From Azolla caroliniana (taxonomy: Eukaryota; Plantae; Polypodiophyta), in NCBI GenBank assembly GCA_043228905.1, contig JBHGNT010000131.1, forward strand, positions 7,190 to 71,189: DNA of 64,000 bases, given 5' to 3'. Numbering within the stretch: the first letter of the stretch is position 1; the number at the start of each line of letters is the position of its first letter. Position numbers and translations under genes: made by a program. Below, piece after piece: positions 21,401-33,759 of the stretch. A model generated the notes under the pieces. It was not told where the DNA came from. It was given only the letters and a program-made list of their open reading frames with translations, and ran no database searches.

Positions 21401-23783
21401 ACTTGACAAGAGGGTAGTCTTGATAATTTGAATATAGTTAAATCTCAATGTATGTAGGCTTTGTTTGGCAGAGTATGCATATGTAGATCCTATAGAGATT
21501 TGATACAATATCAATGCTACATTGCAAAGGGAGCCTTAAACATGGAGGGAGTAAATGAAATGGAATGTTAAATTATTCTCTTCAATTCCAGAGAGGACCT
21601 GTCAGACCAGAGAAATTAAGCCCTATTGAGATTAAATAAAAAAAGAAAAGAAATATACAAGTGATAGTAATACATCCATATGTGGGGAGTAGGCTCTCTG
21701 ATATTGGGGTAGGCGAAATCATCTCCAAAAAACTCTCGTGGTTCTTGCAATAATGGCATCAATATCCTTTGTAGTAAGCTGCCAAATGAAGCATTCATGG
21801 TGGCGCTTACTGATCCTACTGAATGACTCTTTCAACTACATTCCCTGGGATTGTACCCTTTGAAGAAGTCAATTGTTCGTAGAAAGGGAAGAAAGGGGAA
21901 TATAATTTGTGTGGCTGATTGATTAATGACATTGATATTGAATCATTGTACAAATGGTTTCCTTAGCTTTGTTCAGACCATGTTCTTTATACTCCCTACT
22001 TGATCACTCTCCTGCTTCTATACTTAATATCCTCAACATCCCTCATTGTTTCAACACTATTTGGTTTATCAAAATCCCCTTGATGCTGTTGGTTAATCCT
22101 TGAACCTGCTCTTTGAATTGTGTTTTCTTCCTGAAAAATTGTTTTGGGAATGGTCTAACTGGGCCAAAGACTATTTAGGTCCCTTTTTCCAATTTGTATG
22201 CAGGTTTGTCTCAGGCATTTTGTACTTAGAATTACCTCATATGACACATCACAATTTTGGAACACTTTATGTATAGTTAGTCTAAGTCCTATTTGTGTTC
22301 AAAATTGAGAGAGAGTAAAAAATTTCAATGTTTTTGCAGTCTGGAGATTGGGTAATTGATAGCTTACTTGATGGTAGACTCCTGCCATTGTCTCCAACAG
22401 AAAAATGTTCTACAGATTTCAAAGCAAAGAATCTGGATAGCATTGGTATGGTTAAACGTGAAATTTCAAAAGATGTCTCCCACACATTAAAGAGGGTTGG
22501 AACCAATCATATACAGGAATCTGAAGAAGGGAATAAAGACAAGTTTAGCGTCTCCTTTTTGGGTAAAGGTACATTCAGTCCTTCATTTACCAGAAAAGGT
22601 TTATCTTTCGGGATGCCAATGCCCAAGGTTGCGACATCCAAGAAGTTTCCCAAAAACTTCCTGTATTATAAATCTGTTAATCTCAATAGTGTCATCTATT
22701 CTGTTGGAGATTTTGTTGAGGTATTTGCTGAATCATTTCAGTTTTTCAATTGTTTTGGCCTTTCATTCATAGATCTGTATTGTTGGTGAATAATGGTATT
22801 ATTTAGATAATGTGAGTGGTTTATTTCCTCTTTTCAGATTCAACCACAATCGAAAGAAGAGAAGGAACCTTATATTGCACAGATAGAGAGTTTCTTGGGG
22901 TGTTATACTGGTACTGTGAAAACCAGATCTGCTGGAATAGAATCAAAGGCTCAGTCTAAGAAGCCTGGATATTTGTGTTGTAGATGGTTTTACCGTCCTT
23001 CAGATACAGGGTTTCCTTGCATGGGTACTGGCAATGAGCTTTATTTATCGGACCATATCGACCATGAAGTACCTGTAAGTTATTTATAACTCATGTGTCG
23101 GGCTTCATTGTTTCTTTGCTTTACATTAGGGTTGTCTCAATTTACCATTGAGTTTTACCTTTTTTCTCCCTAGTGCCCCTGAACTTGGGTATTTCAGAGT
23201 TCTTCCCTTCGAAAAATCAATGTGGTAAAATACTATATTTGGCCAAGAGTTACGTTTAGTAAAAAGCCACTGCAAGTGGAGTGTAGTTGAAATTCTGGGA
23301 TCACCACAGCAAAAACTTTCAAACGTTTAGTCATGTTATATGGTTTGACTGCAACTAAGGCTGGAAAATTACATTGTTTAAAAAAAAATACCATTTCTTA
23401 AAGTCCATGCAATCTTTTTGAAAACTATTGCTAGTTATGCTAAAAGATTCATGACAGTCACGGTTTATATGGTAAAAATATTAATATAAGGGGTGCTAAT
23501 GATCTTATTAAACCTTAGAAATGATAATTTACTTGTTGCTATCTTTGTTTGTTGCCTTTGAATTTAGTTTCTATTTTTGTTTCAGGTGGACACTGTAATA
23601 AAGAAAGTTCATGTGGTGTTGATTATGGATGATAAATGTTTAACGTATGGTACGGAAGAAGGCTGGAAGGTTGTTACAGAAGGGTCTCTATGTGCGGAAA
23701 AAACGGCTAATTACATATGTAAATTCTTCTATGATTATCAAAAAGAATCATTACATCAGCTTAAAGTTGCCCTAAAATCATAA
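9458..23783 (+). CDS. Spliced gene: plant 53BP1-like tandem-BRCT protein with C-terminal BAH domain (~1278 aa)
   Basis: Phase-consistent exons: 9458-9490, 10992-11075, 12658-12798, 17590-17643, 17817-18024, 18223-19016, 19098-20103, 20203-20510, 20589-20695, 21020-21152, 21236-21388, 22340-22720, 22838-23074, 23586-23783 (3837 nt). Family motifs PVFSQ|GQTWLPQWL, RLTVASAETL, SRWFGGW and EPLCSFVPCSI. BRCTs LFQGLNFLITGF...RTLKYLYG...WIDEC and HGGG...DWVIDSL. BAH YSVGDFVE..PYIAQI..WFYRPSDT..NELYLSDH. The exon 10 acceptor is the least certain boundary. Confidence 0.85.
11231..12423 (-). mobile_element. 5'-truncated LINE (RTE/L2-like 3' end) in intron 2
   Basis: QLRTSSHQLEIEVDRYAQIPIEERICQF is a typical LINE ORF2 C-terminal motif. 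Possible TSD aagcatg at 11224-11230 and 12424-12430. The 3' UTR is repeated at ~17050-17260. Confidence 0.7.
12990..14335 (-). mobile_element. Truncated Tcn1-like Gypsy element in intron 3 (5' LTR 13929-14335 plus decayed gag)
   Basis: The LTR ends TG..CA and has TATA and ttctagaa arrays. It is followed by gtttgaacc. The gag remnant PKFSLPAKFDGTRSQF matches the gag at 54775 and 63083. The left boundary is approximate. Confidence 0.8.
13620..13767. mobile_element. 148-bp fold-back mini-element with TGT..ACA ends and 5-bp TSD
   Basis: ~53-bp imperfect TIR. TSD GATCC at 13615-13619 and 13768-13772. Removing it rejoins the gag sequence (LLAD|LQR). Confidence 0.85.
14360..16330 (-). mobile_element. 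Decayed copia fragment (gag/integrase/RT) in intron 3
   Basis: Integrase motifs YFVEDCSRRIWVYLLKSKDEAF and DNGGEFTGIEF. RT-like sequence at 14700-15100. Many stops. Confidence 0.7.
15548..15953. repeat. Near-perfect 203-bp tandem duplication of copia integrase sequence
   Basis: aatcttctaaattcaatgcctgtgaactcaccccc starts at both 15548 and 15751. A second duplication with ~81-bp period lies at 15329-15468. Confidence 0.9.
16970..17290 (-). mobile_element. Short LINE 3'-end fragment, same family as 11231-12423
   Basis: 17050-17260 aligns with 11300-11505 (agatatattgt..aaagatctctagcatagg..gagggaagcacct). Confidence 0.65.
18223..19016 (+). CDS. BRCT-BAH gene exon 6
   Basis: Lies within ORF 18180-19043. 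Acceptor ccag|, donor |gtaagg. Contains SRWFGGW. Confidence 0.85.
19098..20103 (+). CDS. BRCT-BAH gene exon 7
   Basis: In frame with ORF 19179-20108. Acceptor tcag|, donor |gttgat. Contains PLCSFVPCSI. Confidence 0.85.
20203..21388 (+). CDS. BRCT-BAH gene exons 8-11 (tandem BRCT region)
   Basis: Motifs FLITGF, HGG, RTLKYLYG, WIDEC and HGRHGYCTKL..HGGG. GC donor at 21153. Confidence 0.8.
22340..23783 (+). CDS. BRCT-BAH gene exons 12-14 (end of BRCT2 and BAH domain)
   Basis: ORFs 22328-22789, 22895-23089 and 23577-23783 join in frame through GT-AG introns. BAH motifs present. Stop at 23781-23783. Confidence 0.85.
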
Positions 23784-25419
23784 TGTTCTTGAAAACCTCC
23801 ATTTCTTCCAAGAATAGCATTGCTATTACGTTGTACACTTGTAAAATGAGGTCATTGTGGTTTTGAATATTTTCGAATATTCCACTAATATTTGTGGTCC
23901 TCCAAGAATATCATGGTGAATGTATAAAAATATTGAGTAAAATTGTTTAATTAAAGATTGAGTTGAAGGTGTACAATTCCTAGTTTACAATTTGTTGGGA
24001 CTGTTCACAACTTCAATTAGGATTCATAGGATACATCGATATATATAGAGTTTGGGTTTTGTTCTATCCTCCAAAACCCCCTAAGCTTGTGTTTCACTTT
24101 TAGACATAAGCAAATTCATCTAGTTTTGTTTTCCAAGTTTCGGGTGGTTTGAGGGTTAGAGGTTTTGGCCTAGAAGTCTGTAATTTGCAAAAGCCCAAAC
24201 CTGATGACAACATACTGAACCTTGTAAAATGCATTAATATTTTTCCACATCAAATTCTCTATGGTAAGAAGAGTTATTGGCATGGATCAAACTTTGGACA
24301 ATGTTGAACTTTCAATGGTTCGAACCTTGGAGCATATGCATTGTGGATCTTAGGTCATATTGATGTAGGCAAATGCCCAATCATGTGTATTGTGTGAGAT
24401 TGATAGAATGTTTGTAGTGGTATTTGGTCAATTGGTATACTCTATATTAAACGAGTGGAGGAATATATTACCAAATTTGCATGCTTGGCTAGATAAAATG
24501 ATTCTAAACTAAAAACTGAAGACACCAATTCAGTATATGGTTGGAAGGGTGAGATGAGTGGATTTCCTTGCGTCACACCAATTGTTTTTGTGTTGATAAA
24601 TGGTTCCATCATTATGTAGGTCCAACCAATTCAACATGAATTATTTCATGTGGAATGGATATGGTTTGCTATGCATCATCCATGACAACACGATTGTGAA
24701 CACTATTTCCACATGCACACGGTAAGGGTGATTGTGAAGATCTTGGAAGTGGATGATGGCATTGTCATTCTAGCATTGCTAGTGCTACATATAGTTGAGT
24801 CGATCTTTGGTGGCTTGCATAATAGGGAAGCCCCTTTGTGCTTGTAAATGTGACTCTTAGATATGCATAGGAATTCACTTCATCAACTTGCCCTCCTTAT
24901 AGTGTACTCGTTTGCCAATCAACATGGATTTAAACTCTGTGGAGTGCAAACTTGATGTTAATGCACATCACATGAAAGCGTAATACTTTGACTCTTAAAA
25001 ATGTACAAGGCAAACTATGCATAGTTGAGGAGTATCCTCAATTGGGGCCCAATGCCCCATGTCACATCACAGAGAGTGAGTTTATTTATATGGAAGACAT
25101 GGTGCATATGACAAATAGATGTATAAGCTCTATCATGTATCAATGACTGTAATTTGGAGAAAATGCTAGCATGTGTGAAATGTAGATTGGCATTGGAAAA
25201 AGGTCTCCTATTGTGATAGAGAGAACTCTGTTGGTGCATCATGAAACAAATGCAATGTATCCCATTTTCTAAACAATTTCTTCATATCTTGCATTTATCT
25301 AAAATTCTATTTTTTTTCTTTTGTGTCTTTTGAATCTTTTTATGTGCTTCCCATGTGATATTAGGAAGTCACTTTGAGGCTGTTTTTCAGCCTTCAACAC
25401 TCAATAACCTTGTCCACGG

Positions 25420-25701
25420 CATAGTTGTTAAAAAACGTGTATTCTACATTTAGAATACATTTTAGAATACTCTGAAGTATTCTACATGTATTCTACATTT
25501 TAGAACTGCCATTTCTCAAAATTTCACGTATTTAATGTATTTAACAAGTATTTATCATTTCAAAAAAGTTTAATTATTTTTTTTTGTGCAAAAAAAATTC
25601 AAAATTTAAGAATAATTTAACATATTTTATCTATAAAATACGTATTCTAAGTATTTTTTTTTAAAAGTTAGAATACTTAGCATATGTATTCTATAACAAT
25701 G
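25420..25701. mobile_element. hAT-type MITE
   Basis: 8-bp TSD gtccacgg (25412-25419) / gtccatgg (25702-25709). Ends catagttgtta / tataacaatg. Internal gtattct/agaatac repeats. Confidence 0.8.
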
Positions 25702-28700
25702 GTCCATGGTCATTATCTAAATGGGAACTGATCTTAGAGAGAGAGAGAGAGGATGATTGCACAATTCACATAGGTCGGAGATGAAGATTGTTTCCCTCTC
25801 ACTTAGATATTGGGAATTAAGTCAAAATCTTGATATGTGCAATGCTTTTGTATTTGATGGTAGGATGTAGTTCATAAGTTGAAGGGAGTAATGATTTGAT
25901 AGTTTTCTTTTTTGTAGCAAGTTGAAAATTTGACCTTGGTGGAGTGTTTGTCTTGCTTATTAGCGATTCAACATGTCCTACTACCTAGTTAGCAGTGACT
26001 CGATAATGGTATCATTGTACTATTTATCAAAAACATTTATTGATATAATTGTGTGTTTCCAAGCCCCCAAAATGGATTGTTAACAAAGTGGGGAAAATTA
26101 CAATCATAATAGTATTCAAAATCAAACGCCAATGATCTATATTATCAACGTTTACTTTACATGGTTTTTGAAGGCCATATATTTAACATAAAGCATTCAA
26201 ATGATGCTTCCTAATTTTCTTGAAGATTGGAAATCAAGTTGGACAGTTTTATTCTACAATTGGTATAAAACTAAAAATGTATGGGAGTACAAATCCACGA
26301 CCAACCCTTTTTACTGCGCTCCATTGAATTCTCAAATTTTTTCATGGTTTTGTCTTCTTCTTTTCAGTTTAATGCATAATAGATTCTATTAGAATAAAAG
26401 ACATTTATGTATGTAACCATTAACACACTAAACAAATTTTATTTTATTTTCCCAAAATGAAGCTACTTTCCCATTAGTTAGGAAGGATTATTACAAAGAG
26501 ACTGTACAAGGAGGCTTAAACATAGATCGGGGAATGTCCCTCCGATCAAGTTCTCACACTAAACAGTTAATAGCAATCAGACACACACATATAGTTTAGC
26601 ACTCAAGCCTTTACTGGTTCTTACTATCACTCAACTGTAACTCATGTTATCACACTCTATGTAATTTTTTGTGCACAACTTGCAACTGCAAATATTTAAC
26701 AATAAGGTGACAAATTGTCTAACAACATGCCTGCACCGTTCTTTGACAAAAAATGATAATAATTTTTGTGTGATAAATTTTGGAATTAAATTGTATATTG
26801 CAAAGCTTTAATGTCGGAAATCCCGTGACGAGAAAAGGTTCTAGAAGATGAATCCAAACCTTATGCATCCACAATGAATGCTTATTAGACATAAAACATG
26901 AGACACTACATGGTAAAGGAATATCTCAAATCCTTGTCCTAACGTTAACATGTTTTTGAGTTCTCCATCCCACAAATTGTGTTATTTTAATATCTAGCAT
27001 AAGGTCTAGACATGGTACCATATGATCTTATATGTAATCTCATCAATTTTGACGCAAAAATGAGCTTTATCTATGAATGCTTTAACTTTTTGTGCTTATT
27101 CAATATCTTTGTTTCCTTATGTAGATGCTATATATTTGAACCTATCTTTTAAAGCTTCACAACTTGTTATTAGGATATATTCCCACACCCCTAATCTTTG
27201 TCTCAACATGCAATCATTTATTGACCGTAACTCATGTGCCATTATAGGTTTGATTCTCCTCCATACTTTCCTACACCTGTAAAAGGGATGCCAAAGATAT
27301 ATATTTTCATGACATATGCATATGCACATGTACATACTTGCACATTTTACAGACTAATGCATTGATTCTTGGAGTTACTCATGTGTCATTATAGGTTTGA
27401 CATAATGCAATATGTCGTCCACATTTTCCCACACTTTATAATAAGGAAATATACCAAAGATATATATATTCATATATGTATGCAAATGCACATGTATATA
27501 CTTGTACACATTGTATAGATGGCTAAACTAAGTATAGACGTGGGAATACGAATACCTCGTAATGCGGAATACATGTAACGTCTTGGAGATTGATTTAATT
27601 TGAGATCATAAGCAAATCAACATCAACATTACGTTTATACCTAACTCTAGATTCTAGATAATATGAGTCTCTAGGGACTGTAAATATAGTATATACAAGA
27701 TCATTGTGTGTGTGTGTGTTTGACTATTGCAACACATTGTCCGGAAAAGGTAGGAAACTTGTTGAAACAATAACATTTAGATGCATAAAAGTCGAGAAGG
27801 AAGTACATATAAAGTCATCGTGGGTCTTTTGAGAAGGTGAGAGGAAGGCCACAATGACGATCATGTTTGCATGTTCAACTTTTTGGATTTGGATTCAACA
27901 TTTCCTCCTAAATCTTGCACTAAAATATTTAAAATTGCCTTCTAATTTATACTACATGGGTTTTACACACATTTAATTTATCAAGATCTTGTGGCATAAT
28001 ATCTCTTCATCTCACTCTCTCTCATTGGTGAGATATAGGTCATGCTATCGAACTTGAGAGCACGATCATATACAATCATCTCTATGTTTATGTTTGTATG
28101 CACTATATCAATGAACATTTGCTTGTTATAAACTCATAAATTAGAATCGTGTGTAGCTTTGAGGCCATCATGTGGGATTAAGCTAGACACTATTGTCACA
28201 CAACAATTAGGCTTTATTTGCACCCTTCGAAGTCTTCATATGTATTGCATTGTTTCTTATAATTCATACCATGCATAATAGTGCTCATGTTCAAATATTG
28301 TGAAGCTTATTTGTGCGTATTTTCATATGTACCGTAATGTTTCTTATATGTTATGAGTCTATGACATACATACTAGAACTCGTGGTCTACTATGTATTCC
28401 GAAGCTCATTTGCGCATGAAGTAACTTAATGGGGCATTACTCCTTAACATGAAATATTTTTAACAAGAAATACTCTCTAACCCATGAAACATTTTAAATT
28501 ACGCATCTCGTATTATACATTACCTTAGGCACCTAGTGGTTTCAGATTTGATACATTGACTTAATGAACTAATTGTATAGAATCAATTTGGTGTCATGAT
28601 CTATCTTAGTTAAAAATTCAACAATTGAGATGTCATTCCTCTTCATATTGACTTTGCAAACTCACACACTATGCCAAGCTTTGTGTGGAGTGTTAGTATT

Positions 28701-29628
28701 TTCCTAATTAATCATTTTTGGTACTATGATTGAAGCTAAACATTAGGATGAGAGCTTGAAACTCCTCTCTTGGCTTCATGAACCCATTTATAGTCCCAAG
28801 TTCAAAATGCCCAAAGTTCCTATTCCAAGCTATGACATTTGTTGGGGCCATCATTCTAGGGTGTGGATTGGGACAAAAGGTAAGAGGTAAGTCATTCTTT
28901 CAAGGAGCATTGACTATATATTGAGTCCAAAACCTTATTAATATCTAGTTTCGGCCTTTGTGACACTAAACATTAGGCCTTTGCTACTCTAGATGTTATA
29001 TGATGAGCCTACCACATGACACCACGATGGTTCATAGGGAGTGCTAGCCTTTGTGACACTATATATCAAACCTTTACCATATTAGAGGCTATATGATCAA
29101 GCTTACCACATGATCATTGTGAGGACACCAAGATGGTCCATCGAAAGTGTCTGAATGCATAAGTTGGGGGAGTCGGGTGGGAATGGCCCTCAAATGAGAA
29201 AGAGAGGGAGGCGAATAGAAAACAGTATCACGAGAACATGCATTGATCCGATGCATATCTTGAGGGGTAATAAAGGTGGGTGTCAAAAGAGTTAAAAAGC
29301 AGAATCATGTATGTGTGAATGTGGGTCATTTCTTTTGCATTTCTTAACCACTTGACTTTTGGTGTAACATGGGGGAGGGTCTGGTGTAACATGGGGAGGT
29401 TTGATGCAACATGGGGATGTAAGGTAGGCTTTTTAAGCTTTTGGGCTTTGCTTTTCCTTAAAAGAGCATTAACTAAGAGTGATGGAGAAAGAGATAGAGA
29501 GCTAGCTAGCTATATATGTATAGTTTATGTTTCTCTTCTTTACAAAGATCCTTTGAATTTAAACTTATATACATATACATATGCATAACTATAAACTACT
29601 ACTACTCTACTCATATAGGACTGGATCT

Positions 29629-29629
<1 letters not shown>

Positions 29630-29666
<37 letters not shown>

Positions 29667-29682
29667 TTATGAGAGAGAGAGA
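29630..29682. repeat. Compound microsatellite (GT)n(AT)n(GA)n upstream of the 30047 gene
   Basis: Seen directly in the sequence. Confidence 0.9.
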
Positions 29683-30046
29683 GATTGATTTGTACTTCTT
29701 TCTCTTTAGAAGGTTCCATTGAACTATTTTAAGGATTACCATATATTACCACCAATCAATCATTAGTAGTGATTTTGAATTGGACCTCAAAAGTATACAG
29801 TAATACACTTGATTGTTTCCAACTTGGTTGTTTGAGTATATCAAAATATACATGTCCATATTATATCTATATATCAGATCATTCATTGATCTATATCAAG
29901 TTTGGGTAGAGTAGAGGAAACTACCTAATTGTGGGTATCTATATCAAGTCATTGATCTTTATCATTTGGGTAGAGCCATGGAAACTACTTAATTGTATGC
30001 ATATGCATATGCTTTTCATTCATCTATCTTTTAAAGAAAGCTAATA

Positions 30047-32833
30047 ATGGAAGCTACTCGTGAACACATTGGAGAGGATTTGAGCCCACGAATCTCATTC
30101 TCGCATAGCTTTAATTCCGTGATTGATCCCATTCAATATCCTTATAACCACAATAGACATCCAAGTCTTGATCTGGAGTTTGAGTTTGATTCTAGATCTA
30201 ATCTTCCATTTGATCAATTATATATAAATCATCATCATCACAACCCACTTCGTGATCTCGAATTTGAGTTCAACTCTAGGTCTAATCTTCCATTGGATCA
30301 ATATAAACTTCCTTTAGATCCATATAAACCTCCCTTAGATGACAACAAACTTTCGGATTATAACAACAACGATCCGAGCCTAATGCTCTCAGCTGACCAA
30401 CTCTTTTGTGATGGAAAGCTCCGCCTTATACAACAAAGATCTTCGAGTGTGATTAATTCATCACTCCCATTATCAAATGATGTAACTTGTGATGGATTTG
30501 CAGATTGCAATGAATTGAAATCATCCAATTGTGGAGGATTTACTAGTGCAAGTCCTAATATTGATAATATTGAATTGAAATCTCCAAATGATTGTAGTAA
30601 AGATGGTGAGTTTAAGCATGAACTCACCTCTCCAGCAATTAATTACAGAGATAATTGTGAAGTTAGATTGCCCCAAAGCAACAAAAATGAAGCCAAAGGA
30701 GGGAGGAAATCATCATCCAAAATAAACCAAAATGAAGAAGAAAGCTCGCCCAAAAGCAGAAGCGAAGAAGAACGATCTCCCAAAAGCAGAAATGAAGAAG
30801 AAAGATCTCTCAAATGCAGTAATGATGAAGAAAAATCCATCAAAAGCAGGAGCGAACCAGAGAAGCCATTGACCAAAAACACAAATGAGAAAGAACGATG
30901 TCCTAAACTTAGAACTGATGCAGAAAGATCAATCGAAGTCAGAAAAGAACCAGAGATACCATTGCCCACAAAAACAAATGGAGAGGAAAGATCGTGTACA
31001 AGGAACAGGGGGAAAGAAGAATCGCTCACAAGCAGAAAGTGTGAAGAAGAAAGTTCGCCCACAACCAGAAAAGGAGAGAAATCGCCAACAAAAAGGAATC
31101 ATGAAGAGGAGAAATCAGCCGCTAATAATAATCTCACTATAAACAGAAAAAGTGAAGGAGAAGAAGATCCGAGATATTCATGGCTCACAAGCAGGCAGAT
31201 GATGCTTCTTGCGTCTGCAAGAAGGAAGGAAGAGGAAGGTTTAATGGAAAACCATAAAAGCATTCAATCGATGGTGCGTCCAATTCAAACAAGATTTAAG
31301 GAGGAAGAAGAAGAAGATGAAGATGAAGAAGAAGTGAGAGAAATGCTTATGAGAAAGTTTAGCCAATCCAATCCACGATCTCTGTCGATGGCTATGGAAA
31401 GCTCGAACAGATCAAGATCATCATCACTTCTTCTAGCGAACAGACAGAGGAAATGCATGAGTCTTACCACATCTACATGCGCTTCTCCACTTTCTAGAAC
31501 CTTCTCTCACCCCTTCACAACTACCACTACCCCATCCTCTCCAACTACTTTCTTTACTTCCTCTTCCTCTTCTTCTTCTAAATATAGTAGCTCCTCTAAG
31601 TATGGCACTAGGCTTAAGAACTTCTTCAACCTCAAAAGGCTTCACAAACCATCATTTATGTCCTCCCCATCTATCCTCACTTTGCCAGGTACCACCCCAA
31701 GGTCCTTATGGCCCTTCACTCGAAACAAAGACCCAATCCGTACAAATTCGTCCTCCCCTTGGAAGCCCCCTCCCGTTCTCGATACTTCCCGACGCCCTTG
31801 TGCCAAAGATGGTCCTCCTTCTATGCCTATGTGTACAAGTGCACTCACCAAGGATGGTCCTTCTTCTATGACTATGCGTACAAGTACATTCACCAAGGAT
31901 GGTCCTTCTTCTATGACTATGCGTACAAGTACATTCACCAAGGATGGTCCTTCTTCTACGACTGTGTGTCCAAGTACATTTACCAAGGACACACCTTCTT
32001 CTTCTTCTTCTTCTTCTTCAACCAATGATGAATGTTTCTCCTATACCCCTAGAGATGGGTTTTCCTCGATGACCACTATAGGTGGATCCTCTTCTTATAG
32101 CAATAGATATGCGTCTTCCTCTTCTGCCACTAAAGAACAGTTGCCCTCTTCCACTACTATTGGAGATGGGCCTCATCTTTATGCCATAAGAGATTGTTTT
32201 TCTTCTTCTTCTTCTATCACTAGAAATGGGTCTCCTTCTTCCAATAGAGATAGATCCATGGCTAAGACCAGACCAAATAATATGTGCATTGTTAACAAGG
32301 ATATGCGTACTAGGAGGTCCCAATTGTTGACATCCCCAAAATCCCCAAAATCTTCTTCACAACAATCCCGCCATAATTCGCCAGTCCATAGGTTTGCGCT
32401 GACACTGCCACCATCAAATTTGTGTGCACAAAAGCCCAAGGATAATGATATGGCCAATCTAGAGCACCAACATCCTCGGGTTATACAACAAAGCAAACGT
32501 TGCAACAAAGATAAATCAAGGATGTTGGATGTAAATGCTATTGTTGGGAACAACTTAACAAACTGTCAAGGTAAACAAGGAGGTCGAAAGGTGGTGAATG
32601 TAGAGAAATCAAACGTTATACTTGGGTCAAGAGGCGAGATTCCAAGGACCAAGGCGGCCTTGGAGAGGTCCCTAGCCTACACATCAAGTGTTAGAGTGAC
32701 ACCAGTCCTGAATGTCCCTTCTTGCATCAACCCTTCATTGAGAAAATCCAAATCCAATACTTTCAATTTGGCCCATCTTTTTACAAAGAGGTCCATCTCC
32801 CTTGTCCCCCCCCTCAAGGTCGACATCTCATAA
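30047..32833 (+). CDS. Intronless Ser-rich plant protein of the PRISFS / DFEF / ADELF..G.LLP family (DUF1645/MAKR-like), 928 aa
   Basis: Motifs SPRISFSHSF, LEFEF (twice), MLSADQLFCDGKLR, SLWPFTR and C-terminal VRVTPVLNVP. Long low-complexity interior. Confidence 0.85.
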   Translation: MEATREHIGEDLSPRISFSHSFNSVIDPIQYPYNHNRHPSLDLEFEFDSRSNLPFDQLYINHHHHNPLRDLEFEFNSRSNLPLDQYKLPLDPYKPPLDDNKLSDYNNNDPSLMLSADQLFCDGKLRLIQQRSSSVINSSLPLSNDVTCDGFADCNELKSSNCGGFTSASPNIDNIELKSPNDCSKDGEFKHELTSPAINYRDNCEVRLPQSNKNEAKGGRKSSSKINQNEEESSPKSRSEEERSPKSRNEEERSLKCSNDEEKSIKSRSEPEKPLTKNTNEKERCPKLRTDAERSIEVRKEPEIPLPTKTNGEERSCTRNRGKEESLTSRKCEEESSPTTRKGEKSPTKRNHEEEKSAANNNLTINRKSEGEEDPRYSWLTSRQMMLLASARRKEEEGLMENHKSIQSMVRPIQTRFKEEEEEDEDEEEVREMLMRKFSQSNPRSLSMAMESSNRSRSSSLLLANRQRKCMSLTTSTCASPLSRTFSHPFTTTTTPSSPTTFFTSSSSSSSKYSSSSKYGTRLKNFFNLKRLHKPSFMSSPSILTLPGTTPRSLWPFTRNKDPIRTNSSSPWKPPPVLDTSRRPCAKDGPPSMPMCTSALTKDGPSSMTMRTSTFTKDGPSSMTMRTSTFTKDGPSSTTVCPSTFTKDTPSSSSSSSSTNDECFSYTPRDGFSSMTTIGGSSSYSNRYASSSSATKEQLPSSTTIGDGPHLYAIRDCFSSSSSITRNGSPSSNRDRSMAKTRPNNMCIVNKDMRTRRSQLLTSPKSPKSSSQQSRHNSPVHRFALTLPPSNLCAQKPKDNDMANLEHQHPRVIQQSKRCNKDKSRMLDVNAIVGNNLTNCQGKQGGRKVVNVEKSNVILGSRGEIPRTKAALERSLAYTSSVRVTPVLNVPSCINPSLRKSKSNTFNLAHLFTKRSISLVPPLKVDIS
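31802..31998 (+). repeat. In-frame 45-bp tandem repeat (~4.3 copies, KDGPSSMTMRTSTFT)
   Basis: accaaggatggtccttcttctatgactatgcgtacaagtacattc repeated. Confidence 0.9.
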
Positions 32834-33195
32834 TCCGTTGGGCTTATAACAAAGCACGTTTGTTTTAGCATACTAGGGTTACTTATGTTTGTTGATATGT
32901 TTATTAAACTTTGACCACTTTAATGCCATTATAGGATCATGAATTATTAAATCCATATGATTTATAAATCAACATGGTCCAATGATGCAATTGTACAACC
33001 CTACCATTCTTGACCTTTGTCCAATACAATTGTGTACACTCTTTTATTTATCCACTTTTGAAGGACTCAGAAAGCTTTGACATGAATTGGCCTAAGTACT
33101 TGTGATTTTATAATTGGTTCTCGTGCACGTACAAAAATAAGCTCTATAAAACAACCATTTCTATTAATTACATAAGTTTCTTATGAATACTTGGT

Positions 33196-33759
33196 ACCGT
33201 GTTTCTAGAGGGTGTTCTTGTAGCTTCCTCAAATTTGTACCATACTCTTTGTTATGATGATAATAAATGTTGAAGTGAAAAAATAACCAAATAAGGTATC
33301 TTGCAAATTATTGTTGGTTTTGTTACTACCTTACAAAGGGAAGATTCTCACTTCTATTAGTAATGTAGGCATTTGTGACAATTTTATGATTGGTACCATG
33401 TACAAAAACAACAATAAGGTTTGTAACACAACTATGTCTATTGATTACATAAGTTTGTTATGCATAATTGCATACCATGTTTCTAGAGAATGTTTGTGTA
33501 GCTTCGTTGAGTTTATACAATACTTCTTGTTATGATAATAATAAGCAATGAAATGGAAATCATAACTATATAAGGTATCTTGCAAATTGTCCTTGGTTTT
33601 GTTACTACTTTAAGAAAGGAAGATGCTCCCTCCCACTAGTAATCTAGGCATCGATAAAAAAATAGAAAAGAAGATGCTCTCTCTTGTGAATGTAAGAGCT
33701 TAGACTCCAAAATAGAAAAGAAGATGCTCTCTCTTGTGAATGTAAGAGCTTAGACTCCA
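33196..33759. repeat. Diverged ~280-bp-period duplication followed by an exact 50-bp tandem duplication (33659-33759)
   Basis: The blocks gtttctagag..ataaggtatcttgcaaatt..ttggttttgttactac occur twice. aatagaaaagaagatgctctctcttgtgaatgtaagagcttagactcca occurs twice. Confidence 0.8.

Noticed and set aside
21470-22140. Possible LINE remnant in intron 11
   Set aside because: No clear motif or termini could be read.
24400-25250. Possible Gypsy RT remnant (PIVFV..NGSI-like)
   Set aside because: Too degraded to delimit.
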